In this document: positions 9,939-20,600 of the stretch, in pieces
Numbering within the stretch: the first letter of the stretch is position 1
Layout: every line of letters begins with the position of its first letter
Assembly: GCA_963805085.1 (NCBI GenBank)
Contig: CAWDTA010000002.1
Span: forward strand, 160,001-224,000
Length of the DNA stretch: 64,000 nt
Direction of reading: 5' to 3'
Source of the DNA: an uncultured Veillonellaceae bacterium
GTDB lineage: Bacteria; Bacillota; Negativicutes; JARBTT01
Notes under the pieces: generated by a model
Seen by the model: the letters and a program-made list of their open reading frames with translations, nothing else
Told to the model about the DNA's origin: nothing
Database searches by the model: none
Program-made: the position numbers and the translations under genes

Positions 9939-10961
9939 TTAGCTTTTATTTTCTAATTGGGCTAACCGCTTTTCAAGGTCGCGAACTTTTTTGACAAGGT
10001 CTACGGCTTTGTTCGCTGCCGCTTCGTTACGCAACCACTCTCTATGAGGGCGCGCTGGGAACCCCCCATAGTACGACCCTGCTGGCACATCACCAATCGG
10101 AGCTGACCTTGCAACAAATACGCAATTATCGCCAATATTGATATGACCAACACAGCCACATTGTCCAGCAAACGTAACATTATTGCCAACTTTTGTACTG
10201 CCGGCAATCCCTGTCTGCGAGCAAATCAAGCCATTTTCACCAATGACTACATTATGAGCAAGATGCACGAGGTTGTCCACTTTTGTACCTCGCTTTATTA
10301 TGGTTGATCCAGTTGTTGCGCGATCAATACCAACATTTGCCCCAATTTCAACATCATCCTCTAATACTACATTACCAACTTGGGGAACTTTGCTATGCTT
10401 ACCTTGCTCGGTAATAAAACCGAAGCCATCACTACCAATCACTGCGCCACTATGAATAATCACACGTTTACCAACTCTGCAACATTCACGTACTGTTACA
10501 TTAGGATAGATCACACTATCTTCAGCAATCGTAGCATTTTGTCCCACATAAGTGTGTGGATATAAAATAACATTATCACCAACGATTGCATCATCGGCAA
10601 TCACAACATAAGGCATAATTGCAACATTGTTACCAATCGAAACATTCTCACCAATCACCACTGTGCTATGGACTTCACGTTTGATTTTCAGTGGTGGTGT
10701 AAATAGTTCTAATAACTTAGTAAAAGCCGCTCTTGGATTAGCTACACGAATTGCGGGCTTCCCGTATTGCTCAATATTGTCTGGAATAATGACAGCGCCT
10801 GCATTACAAGCCTCACCTTGTGCAATATGAGGTTCTACTGCAAAGGAAATATCACTTGCCGTTGCATTATCAAGATTTGTCACACCTGTGATTGTAATTT
10901 CTGCCTTGCTCAATATATTGCCATCTACTAACCTGGCAATTTCTTGTAATGTCATTTTCAA
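9939..10961 (-). CDS. lpxD: UDP-3-O-acylglucosamine N-acyltransferase
   Basis: Hexapeptide repeats, GSDGFG, KVPQVGNV, KVDNLVHLAHN. Confidence 0.97.
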   Translation of the reverse strand: MKMTLQEIARLVDGNILSKAEITITGVTNLDNATASDISFAVEPHIAQGEACNAGAVIIPDNIEQYGKPAIRVANPRAAFTKLLELFTPPLKIKREVHSTVVIGENVSIGNNVAIMPYVVIADDAIVGDNVILYPHTYVGQNATIAEDSVIYPNVTVRECCRVGKRVIIHSGAVIGSDGFGFITEQGKHSKVPQVGNVVLEDDVEIGANVGIDRATTGSTIIKRGTKVDNLVHLAHNVVIGENGLICSQTGIAGSTKVGNNVTFAGQCGCVGHINIGDNCVFVARSAPIGDVPAGSYYGGFPARPHREWLRNEAAANKAVDLVKKVRDLEKRLAQLENKS

Positions 10962-10979
10962 GACATCGTCCTCCCAATA

Positions 10980-11399
10980 TTACTGCAACTTTTGAATGAC
11001 ATCATCCGTTACATCTATGCCACCCTGTGCTACATTATTTTTATATAATACAACGGATAGACCTTTCTCTTTCGCGATATCTGCTAATGCCTGATTGATT
11101 AAAGTATCCATTTGATTTTCTAAGTCTTGTTTTTGTTTTACAAAATCAGCATACACTTCTTGCTGACGTTTTTGAAATTCCTCAGTTGATAGCGTTCCTT
11201 TTTCTTGTTCGAGTTTTTGAGTTAAATCTTTACCACTTGTATTTAATTGCTCTTGGAATTGTTGTACCTTAGCACTATCCTTCATTACTCTTTGTACATC
11301 AACAACCCCTGTTTTTTGCGCGTTAAAGCAGCCTGACACCATTACTGACATCACTACTACCATAAGCAGTGTTACCATACGCTTTGCTTGTAATTTCAC
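10980..11399 (-). CDS. OmpH/Skp family chaperone (lipoprotein)
   Basis: Lipobox VSGC, GVVDxQRV, GGIDVTDDVI. Confidence 0.88.
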   Translation of the reverse strand: MKLQAKRMVTLLMVVVMSVMVSGCFNAQKTGVVDVQRVMKDSAKVQQFQEQLNTSGKDLTQKLEQEKGTLSTEEFQKRQQEVYADFVKQKQDLENQMDTLINQALADIAKEKGLSVVLYKNNVAQGGIDVTDDVIQKLQ

Positions 11400-11455
11400 T
11401 TACGAAGCCTCCCTTAAAAAATTAAATAGTTTCATTTCTATTATACACTTTTCCA

Positions 11456-12418
11456 TTACTTCTTAAACTCAGCAATAACAAGATCCGTAATGTCTATTGC
11501 ATTGACGTTAACCTGAACAATCGCTAATACAGTTGCTAAATTTTTTTCAATTGCTATTTTCGCAACTTTACTAGCAATATCATTGTTCATACTTTCTTCT
11601 AATACAGCAATTTCTTGTTCTTTATAAATAATAGTTTCTTTACCTTTTGCTACCTGATTGATATCTAATTTAATCGTTTCATTCTGATTGGTCATCGTTT
11701 GGTTATTACGAGTATCTATTTCTTCTTGCTTCATATTTCTTTCTGTTTTTGCTTCTTCTTCTATTTGCTTACGCTCTTCAGCAAGTTCAATTTCACCCTT
11801 TTTAGTTTCATCTTGCATGATAGAATTCAACTTATTGTTAAATTCTTGCTGTTTTTCTTGAATTTTCTGGTTGCGCTCACTATCTAAATTGATACGTTTG
11901 TTATTTAGTTCTTTTCTTGCTTCCTCAGTAATATTAGCCGTTTCCACCTTCAATTTCAAATCGAAAATGATCGGTTGATAATATGCATTAATTGTCGCTA
12001 CTTCAGCTTCAAATTCTTTTCCAAATTGATCTGTCAGTTCTTTATTTTTCTTTTTTAATCTTTCACTGATTTCTGCGTGTTTTGCAATTAATTTTTGATT
12101 TTGTTTTTGCTGCATTGCATCATCAAGTGAACCTTGACTTACCACTGGTGCCTGATTGTCAATTGTAAAGTTTTGTGCTTCTTCATTTTGGGCAGTCAAT
12201 GTATTCAATTCTTTTTTTAATCTCACTAAGTCTTGATATTTCGGATGTGCTTTTAATGCTTTATTCATATTGATAATACCAATATCTGTTTGGGTATCTA
12301 CAGCTGTCGAACCTTTAGGGTTTTTTGAGTCACCAACTGTAGCCTTGAATAAATATCCAGCAAATGCGATAACAGCTAAAACAAGGATACTAGCAATCAA
12401 AATTTTTCGACTCGCCAT
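11456..12418 (-). CDS. Extended OmpH/Skp-like protein
   Basis: IGIINMNKALKAHP...IDITDLVI termini around a long coiled coil. Confidence 0.75.
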   Translation of the reverse strand: MASRKILIASILVLAVIAFAGYLFKATVGDSKNPKGSTAVDTQTDIGIINMNKALKAHPKYQDLVRLKKELNTLTAQNEEAQNFTIDNQAPVVSQGSLDDAMQQKQNQKLIAKHAEISERLKKKNKELTDQFGKEFEAEVATINAYYQPIIFDLKLKVETANITEEARKELNNKRINLDSERNQKIQEKQQEFNNKLNSIMQDETKKGEIELAEERKQIEEEAKTERNMKQEEIDTRNNQTMTNQNETIKLDINQVAKGKETIIYKEQEIAVLEESMNNDIASKVAKIAIEKNLATVLAIVQVNVNAIDITDLVIAEFKK

Positions 12419-12506
12419 GAAACCACCCTTTCTAATAAAGTACCGAGCGCGGTTGCCCTTGCTCGGTACATGCTAAAATTCAGTATTTTTAATTACGATA
12501 CCAATT

Positions 12507-12977
12507 CTATTTAGAAAGCTTTTTTACAACTTCGTCAGTAATATCTTGTCCACCGTAAACTACATTGCTTTTATCAAGAACAACAGATAATCCTTTTGCA
12601 TCTGCGACGCTTTTAATCGTAGCTTCTACTTTGTCCATAATAGGAGAAATTAACTCTTTTTCTTTGCTTGCTAGACGTTGTTGCAATTGTTGATAATATG
12701 CTTGTTTATCTTGGTCATTCATATTAGCGGATTTAGACTCGAAATCTGCTTTTGCTTGTTCAACTTCTTTTTGCATTGCTTCTTTTGCTGCCGCCATATC
12801 TGGGTGCTGAGAAACAATCATCTGTTGATTTACAACTCCAACATTAGAAGAAGATCCAGCTGCACTAGCAAAGCCTTTGCCTGATTGAGATACCCCAATA
12901 GCAACTACACTAAATACAAATGCAAGTACAATCGCTACACTAATAACCTTGATTTGTTTTTTTTCAAATTTTATCAT
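12507..12977 (-). CDS. OmpH/Skp family chaperone
   Basis: VGVVNQQMIVSQHP, LSVVLDK, GGQDITDEV. Confidence 0.9.
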   Translation of the reverse strand: MIKFEKKQIKVISVAIVLAFVFSVVAIGVSQSGKGFASAAGSSSNVGVVNQQMIVSQHPDMAAAKEAMQKEVEQAKADFESKSANMNDQDKQAYYQQLQQRLASKEKELISPIMDKVEATIKSVADAKGLSVVLDKSNVVYGGQDITDEVVKKLSK

Positions 12978-13095
12978 TTAAATATTCTCCTTTTTGCCTA
13001 TCCGGCGTTAAAATTTCAACTCATTATGCCTTGACTTATTTTATTAGCAAGACATTATTCATTATAACAAACTCCATCTTGTTATTCAAGAAAGT

Positions 13096-14364
13096 TTAAA
13101 AATATCCAACCATTCTTAGCCAGCTATCATTATCATCTATGACATACTCCACACCAACAAAATCATGCAACTTATAACGCACAGCAAATTCATTAAATTC
13201 ACGGCTTGGCGTATGTTCAAAGCGTAGCAGCCATTTTTCTGCAACTTGTTGCTTTGCCCATAAAACTGTTGCCTTTTCATTCGTATCATACTTAAAACCA
13301 ATTCTTGTTTGCGGTGTTAAATCATGTGATATTCCCGGTAATAGATTCCACTGAACTTTATGAGGTAAAAAATCTGCCTCGACAAAAGCTTCATCCTGCT
13401 CTGAAATCATCTTACCAGCGTGAATTTTTAACGAGGTATTATCTTCTTTCCGCCCGATATCTAAATATCCTTCCAATGAAATTCGATATTTATTCGTTTC
13501 TGCACTAATTATGATATCAGTATTGTTTGCTACCTGCATTTTTATATTCGTCGTCACGCCAAAATTTTTAAGATTTTTATCATGGTTCAAAACGTCCGTA
13601 AGTTCATTAATAAAATAAGCCTGATGTCTTTTAACGAATTCTACCGGTAATCCAATAAGTTTTTCCGATTGTTTTTGAATATAAGGTCTAAAATTTAATA
13701 ATAATATATTAGGAATTGATTCTGAGTGTAAAGATAAATTTACATCATGAATAATATTTCCTTTGGGATACAAATTTAATTTCAACGTAGTTACATTGCC
13801 AGGAACAACTTCAAAGCTTGCATCATATTCTGGTAATTGTACTGATAAAAAATCTGTAAGTGATATTTTTATGATACTCCTTGCCCAATCTACCGCATCA
13901 ATCGGCAGACCGACTAAAACGTTATTAATCACGTGATCAATTTCAGCCAGATCAGCTAAAATAAGATTTTTTACCTCTGGTGAAACTTCGTTCACCACAA
14001 CATCAATATTGACTTTATTGATAATATCTGGCCATGGTGAAATAACTACAACAATAGAGGTACTGGCTTGCGGTTCAATCATTACAGATTTTATAGAATA
14101 ACCAATTAAAATCCGATCCAAGACTTCGTGGATCAAGCTTTCATACTTATCTTTTTTTAACTCAATATCGCCTACGATATGACCACTTAAAACATTATCA
14201 CCAATCGTATAAATACTCGCCTGCATTCTCTTAACTATTTTATCTGGTATCATCTGTCCGTCATCCGTTTGCACACTCACTTGTATGTTTTCTATTGTAT
14301 CATTTGCAGCAGCACTTACAATATTTGGTGAAAACACTACCAGCAAAAAAAAAGTTATTATCAA
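13096..14364 (-). CDS. Conserved exported hypothetical protein of the outer-membrane cluster
   Basis: Signal peptide, beta-rich C-terminus ending in Phe, located between bamA and ompH. Confidence 0.7.
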   Translation of the reverse strand: MIITFFLLVVFSPNIVSAAANDTIENIQVSVQTDDGQMIPDKIVKRMQASIYTIGDNVLSGHIVGDIELKKDKYESLIHEVLDRILIGYSIKSVMIEPQASTSIVVVISPWPDIINKVNIDVVVNEVSPEVKNLILADLAEIDHVINNVLVGLPIDAVDWARSIIKISLTDFLSVQLPEYDASFEVVPGNVTTLKLNLYPKGNIIHDVNLSLHSESIPNILLLNFRPYIQKQSEKLIGLPVEFVKRHQAYFINELTDVLNHDKNLKNFGVTTNIKMQVANNTDIIISAETNKYRISLEGYLDIGRKEDNTSLKIHAGKMISEQDEAFVEADFLPHKVQWNLLPGISHDLTPQTRIGFKYDTNEKATVLWAKQQVAEKWLLRFEHTPSREFNEFAVRYKLHDFVGVEYVIDDNDSWLRMVGYF

Positions 14365-14454
14365 ACTAAATGTACGTATGATCGTTCACCTCAATACTAA
14401 CTTGCAAATGTTTATAAGAGAAACCAGGCAAACCTGCCTGGTTTCAAAAAATTT

Positions 14455-16275
14455 CTAGAAGCTACCACCAAAGCTAAAGTGTGTCCTACCACCATCTTCA
14501 CCTTTACCATAGTCAAGGCGAATTGGTCCAATTGGTGTTTCCATTTGAATTCCAACCCCAATACTACTATGAAGGCCAGAAAGAGTATAATTACCATCCC
14601 AAGCGTTACCAAAGTCAGTAAATAGTGCGCCTTGTACTTTGTTGACAATTGGGAAACGATATTCTACAGAACCTAGCAATAAATTTTTACCTTGGAACTG
14701 ATCATCTTTATAACCACGTAACGTAGTTTGTCCACCCGCATCAAATAATGCAGCCTCTGGCATTGAGCCAGTTGCATACCCTACTGTTGCCCTAGTTGCA
14801 ATTACATGATTACGACCAACCTTAAAATAATGATGATCTTCAAAAGAGTATTTATTATAGTCGAAGTCCCCACCAGCAATGCCAGCGAACTCACCACTAA
14901 CCGTAACTTTTGCCCCTTCGGTTGGATTATAGATATTATCTCTCGTATCAGTCGTATGCGCAAGAATTACACTACGCGTATTACCAAAGTTATCTTTTAA
15001 ATATTGTTGATGTTCAGCTGTACCATCACTATAATTGGTATCACCACTCACATGTTCAATATATTTGTCTGTACGATCTTTAAACGTAATATAGTTAGTT
15101 GAATATTCACTCACTGGACGCCCGAAAGAAAGTTCAACTCCTTTGTAATTTTTGTCATATGTTTCTATCAAATTACCGTTTCGATCATTATCATCATATT
15201 CATGCGTCATATCATATACACGAAAAGTTGCCGAAGTTTGTTTACTATCTAACCAAGGCTTAGTATAGCTAAATTGATAACTATCATAGCTATCAGCATC
15301 GCCACCGAATTCAAAATGAATTTTTATTGCATCTCCTGTACCTCTAAAATTAGTATCACCAATTTCAAAGATACCGATTAAACCGTCAGAACTACTATAC
15401 CCCGCACCAACAGAAAATGATCCTGTACGTTTTTCTACAACATCAGTTTCTAAAACAACAGCATTTGGTTCGCGACCAGGGTTTAATTTCATATTAACAT
15501 CTTCAAAATACCCTAAATTGTAAACCCTTTGCATACTGCGACGCGCATCTTTTACATTAAAAGCTTCGCCTGGTTTTAAGCGCATTTCACGTGTAACAAC
15601 ATAGTCCTTTGTTTTTGTATTGCCTTTTACTTGAAAACCTTCTAATACACCTTCATTAACAGACAACGTTAGGACGCCATCATTTGACATTGCAACATCA
15701 CTTACTTTTGTAAAGATATACCCTTTATCATGGTAATACCCTTCAATACTGCGTGCATTGGCATTTAATGTCTTTGTATTTAATATTTCACCTTTTTTTA
15801 TGGTAAGCATCTCTAAAATTTTGTTCGTATCAACTTTTGTATTCCCTTTTACGACGATATCTTTGAGAATTGGATTTTCAATTACAGTATAAACTACGTT
15901 TACACCTTCTGGAATTTCCTGAAAATTTACAATAATATCAAAAAAGTTTCCCATTTCATAAATAGATTGTAAATCCTGCTTAATTGCAGCTTCTGTTAAG
16001 GAATCGCCAGCCTTGGTCTTAGTTACTGCTAAAATATCATCTTGTTTCGTAATTTTATTACCAGCAACACTAATATTCATAATTGGTTTATTGACATAAG
16101 CACTCACTGGATTTGTAGCTTCAGCTGTTTTCGCAGTATCAGGAGATGCCACTACATCCGCTGGTGCTTCAACGTCATTTACCTCTTCTGCAAATACGGG
16201 AGTGGTAACTGTTACTAAACTAGTCGTAAGCATTAAGGCACATAAAATTGCTTTATATTTTTTATTAATATTCAT
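14455..16275 (-). CDS. bamA: Omp85 family outer membrane protein assembly factor
   Basis: POTRA repeats, LRGY motif, TPIGPIRLDYG, C-terminal Phe. Confidence 0.95.
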   Translation of the reverse strand: MNINKKYKAILCALMLTTSLVTVTTPVFAEEVNDVEAPADVVASPDTAKTAEATNPVSAYVNKPIMNISVAGNKITKQDDILAVTKTKAGDSLTEAAIKQDLQSIYEMGNFFDIIVNFQEIPEGVNVVYTVIENPILKDIVVKGNTKVDTNKILEMLTIKKGEILNTKTLNANARSIEGYYHDKGYIFTKVSDVAMSNDGVLTLSVNEGVLEGFQVKGNTKTKDYVVTREMRLKPGEAFNVKDARRSMQRVYNLGYFEDVNMKLNPGREPNAVVLETDVVEKRTGSFSVGAGYSSSDGLIGIFEIGDTNFRGTGDAIKIHFEFGGDADSYDSYQFSYTKPWLDSKQTSATFRVYDMTHEYDDNDRNGNLIETYDKNYKGVELSFGRPVSEYSTNYITFKDRTDKYIEHVSGDTNYSDGTAEHQQYLKDNFGNTRSVILAHTTDTRDNIYNPTEGAKVTVSGEFAGIAGGDFDYNKYSFEDHHYFKVGRNHVIATRATVGYATGSMPEAALFDAGGQTTLRGYKDDQFQGKNLLLGSVEYRFPIVNKVQGALFTDFGNAWDGNYTLSGLHSSIGVGIQMETPIGPIRLDYGKGEDGGRTHFSFGGSF

Positions 16276-16297
16276 GCATTATCCTCCAATTTCTACT

Positions 16298-16875
16298 CTA
16301 TTCCTGCCCACGTAGTGACTTACCTGCAGCTCGCATCAAATTTTGCATTTGTGCTGGCGGTAAATTTACTACATCTTCTTTAACCGCTGAAGCCGTGCTC
16401 GGCTTTTCTTCAATTTTTGATTTAGTTTCATTTCCTTGATTTACTTTAGTCACTTCACTAGCTGCGATTGGAACATCTACTTTTTTTCCACCATTTGCAT
16501 TGGCTTATCCATATCATTTATTGATATGTTTTGGTTTTTATCTAAAATCTCATTATTTACTTGTTCCATTTTATTGACATGACTAAATGTATTTATTGCT
16601 GGTTTCCCATTTAAAAATTCCCATCCACTAAAACCAACAACTACAACTAGCCCAGCAATGCAAGCTGCAAGAATACTGTGAATTAGTCGATATTTATTAT
16701 AATGTTTCTTATTTTCTACTCTTGATTCTTGCGCTCGCTTTAATTCCGCTTGCGCTAACATCAAATCAAGCTCACCTCTAATATTCTGCTCTTTATCAAA
16801 GGATTGCTCAGCCTTGCCAAGCCATGCTTTTGCCGCCTTCACATGTTTTGCCATTCGATCCTTTAACTCCACCAT
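16298..16875 (-). pseudogene. Single-pass membrane hypothetical protein, frameshifted at an A7 tract (16481-16487)
   Basis: The 132-aa ORF stops right after the A-run. Adding one A restores a 192-aa frame ending ...PAQMQNLMRAAGKSLRGQE* at 16298, just before the bamA RBS. Confidence 0.75.
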
Positions 16876-17041
16876 TAGATCACACCCCTAATGTCAATCA
16901 TACAAACATATATATAATCCAATACAAAGTTAATATTAAAACTAGTTGTTTTAAGCTTTAATTCGCCAAAAACACTTGTTTTCATTCAATATCCTTACAA
17001 ATTCATCGTAACTTGACCGTTTTTCATCATTTAAAAAGCAT

Positions 17042-17680
17042 CTACCAATGTTTCATCAGATTTGATAACATTCCACGAATCCTTTTAATCCCCCGTTTCT
17101 GCAAACGATAGATATGCGTGGTGCTAAGTTCTAAATTTTCAGCAACCTCTTTTACATCTTGATCTTTCATATACACACCTCGCAAAACTAGTTGCTCCTT
17201 TTCCGGCAACCTTTGTATTGCATGATTTAGTTGGTCCACTAAAAAACTTTGTTCGACCTGATTTGACACTGCTGGTGCCAAATCGATAATATTCTCACCT
17301 AAGGTCGTCACATTGTCCCCATTATACATTGGTCTGTCAATATAAGTCAACTCAGCACCTCCTTCCTTTTGTAGGAAGTTAAGCATCCGCCCACGAATAC
17401 GATGCAGTGCATATAGACTAAACGCTACGCTACGCTCATGGTTATAATTTTCTACGGCTTCAATCAGACCAACCGTTCCTTCTTGCACGATATCCATGAC
17501 ATTATCGTTTACTTTTAATTGCATAACAGCTTTAAATACAAGAGGTTGATAACTTTCAATTAAAACTTGTCGGGCTTTAATATCTTGATTTATTTTATAC
17601 TCTCGCCAAAGCTTAGCTTCTTCTTCTATATTTAACATTTTTATTTTTTTTAGTTCTTTTAAATATTCACTAAGTTCCAT
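17042..17680 (-). CDS. Alternative sigma-70 family sigma factor
   Basis: Region 2 DIVQEGTVGLIEAVENY...FSLYALHRIRG and region 4 HTH; start tentatively moved to ATG at 17680. Confidence 0.9.
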   Translation of the reverse strand: MELSEYLKELKKIKMLNIEEEAKLWREYKINQDIKARQVLIESYQPLVFKAVMQLKVNDNVMDIVQEGTVGLIEAVENYNHERSVAFSLYALHRIRGRMLNFLQKEGGAELTYIDRPMYNGDNVTTLGENIIDLAPAVSNQVEQSFLVDQLNHAIQRLPEKEQLVLRGVYMKDQDVKEVAENLELSTTHIYRLQKRGIKRIRGMLSNLMKHW

Positions 17681-17695
17681 TTGTATCAACCCCAA

Positions 17696-20600
17696 TTAAA
17701 ACTTAATTCTAGCTTCAAGCCCAATTGTAGTATTATGGTTTTGGTCAACATCCCCGTTCAAACTCAATCTATTATTGAAGTCGTAACGAATACCCAATTT
17801 ATACGCTTGATAATCTACCCCTGCTGTATATGTTAACATTGTTTTATCATTGATATATTTACCAATTTCAACATTATATACTTCACGACTTGAGCCATTA
17901 TTGTTAGCACTACTTGCTGAAAGAGTATCCCGAACTACATTAAATTCATCTACACCAATTGCTTGACGAAGTATACTCTCTATTTCACTTAAAAAGCTCA
18001 TTTGTAAACCAATATTAAGCATTGATGTAAGTTCGTCGCGCCCCATAGAAGAATCATTATTATCTTTGCTGTTATAATGACTCCTTAAAGTCAATAATGA
18101 TAAAATTTCTTGTTCATTCATCTCCGGATCAGATGTTAACTTAAAATTCATTGCCTCTACTGGTCCATTAACATTCAAATAGACTTTCGTTTTTTCTAAT
18201 CTTGTATCTGCCTCTACATGAAGACTTGGGAACAAAGATCCAACTTGATTAAAGTAGGCATTTGCCTCTCTAACTTTAAACGATGTCTTCAGATAACTAA
18301 TCGTACCACGCGTAGAATGAATTTCTCCAGAAGTCCGTGGGTGTAGTGTGCTACCAGTAAAATTAGCATGCCCTTCTAGCCAAATATCATATAGGAAAGA
18401 ATTATATAAACGAACTTTTTTACCAACATTCACATCTACATCTAATCGTATATGTGGCATTTCTGTTTCACTAGCAGCAATCATTGGAATATCTACAGTG
18501 CAATTTTCAAAATTCAAATTGCCTGCAATCTTCGGTACTCCATTATCATCAATCAGGGTGAACATACCTTCTAAAGGACCTGTATAGTATTTATTTACAA
18601 TATCAAGTTTATCTAAATTCAGGGCAAAATTATAATCCACAAGCCCTTGGGCTGTGATGCGACTAGTTCCCGAAATTTTATAAGATCCATTTCCCATTAC
18701 ACCTTCGAATGTTTTCAAATCTATTTTATCATTTAAAAATTCAATATCAAGTGCCATTTTTTGGACAGGCTTTGCTAATTGCTTAAATTTAACAGCCCCA
18801 TTTGTAACAGTTACTGCCCCATTAAGGAGTGGATTATCAAGTGTACCACTAATTGTAATACCACCTTTAGTCGGACCAATTGCCCAATCAACTTGTTTGG
18901 TTAAAAGTGGCAAAATGCTAAGATCTGCTTGATCTAACGATACTTTTAAATCCATTTGATTTTTAACGTCAGCATGTTCTCTTTCACCCTTGACAATTGC
19001 TGCCAAAGGAACAATACCGTAAGCACTCGCTTTATACTGGCCCTTATTTAAAAGTATTTGCTGGACATTAATAATACCATCTTGCAATATAAACATACCA
19101 TAGAGTGAATCAAAGGTTGCCGTGCCTACACCGCCACCTTGAATATCTATTGAGACATCTGCCTTTGGATTGTCAAGCATGCCGGTTATTTGCGACCCAA
19201 AATTTAGAACTCCTTTAGTATCAACATCAAGATCTGCTAAATTTGTCAATAAACCAGCTTCAATATTTTGACCAGCGACTTCAACATTAAGTTCACCGGC
19301 TAAATCCATCTTACCTTGTGCAACTAATCTCCCGTTGCCTTGCACAGCATTAAAACGAGTAATTGTAACTACTTTATCATCTAAAGACACATCTAAATCT
19401 ACATTATCTAATTTATATTTTTTAAGCGACCCCTCTTTTAAATTACCCAATAAACGTACTTTAGGATTGTCTGTTGTACCTTCTAAATGAATATTACCAT
19501 TGAGTGTCCCATCAATCCAATTTTGATCAACATTTAAAATCTTTAAAATGGAAGCTAATTGACCATCTTTTACATCTAAATTACCTTGTATTTGTTTTGT
19601 CTTAATATTTGCATTTGCCGATAAACTAAAGCTGCTTTTCTCTTGATTAAAACTAAACGAGGTGAGATCAACGACATCATTGCCATAATTTATTTTACCA
19701 TCTACTTTTTCCAAATTCCGGCCGTTGAAAGCGACACTATCGGCAGTTAATTGTCCATTAAATTTTGGTGCATCTACATTTCCCTGTAATTTACCAATAA
19801 ATTTTGCTTGACCAGATACTGGATATGGTAGTTGTAAACGAAGCTTTTGGACATCAATATCGTCAGCAACAATATCAAAATCAAGATCTTCATTTGCTGT
19901 TAAAACGCCCTTTAATTTCACATTTAAACTAGGTGAACTAACAGAAAAATCTTTTATTTCGGTTTGCCCATTTTTCCGTTGATACTTACCTTGTGCCTTT
20001 GTTAATAATATTCCTCTAAAACTGCCTTGGTTGAAGCTAATTTGCCCATCAGCATTGATATTATCCAGCGTCCCCGTAAGTACAACATCGTTGTCAACGT
20101 TACCTGTAAGAGCTTCACCCGGTAATAATAATTTCACAATATTTTCAGCTCTTGCCTGTCTTGATGAAACTTTTATATTGAGTGATTTATCAGCTGTCAA
20201 ACCAATAGTACCACTTATTTCATGCTTTGAGACGCCATCTAACAAATCAAGTTTTTCAATATTTACTTGATTTTTATCTGCACTTAAACTACCTTGCGCA
20301 ACTTTAAATGGTTGATAGAAGGCACTGCCGTTTATCGCGGAAAAATTACTTTTGACTTGTGGCTGGTTAGTAGTTCCCGTTACTTGACCAGAAAAATCAG
20401 CGAATCCACTTAAAATAAGATTTTGATCTATACTTGCTAATTGCTCAAGTCCAACTGCAGAACCATAAAAGTTAATAGCCAATTGATTACCATTTATAGA
20501 TCCATCGGCAGTAATTTTTCCCTGCGGTAATCCAATTGTTAAATAATCAACTGTAATATCTTCACCTTGTTTGTAAAAGCTAGTATCCATATTTGCAAAA

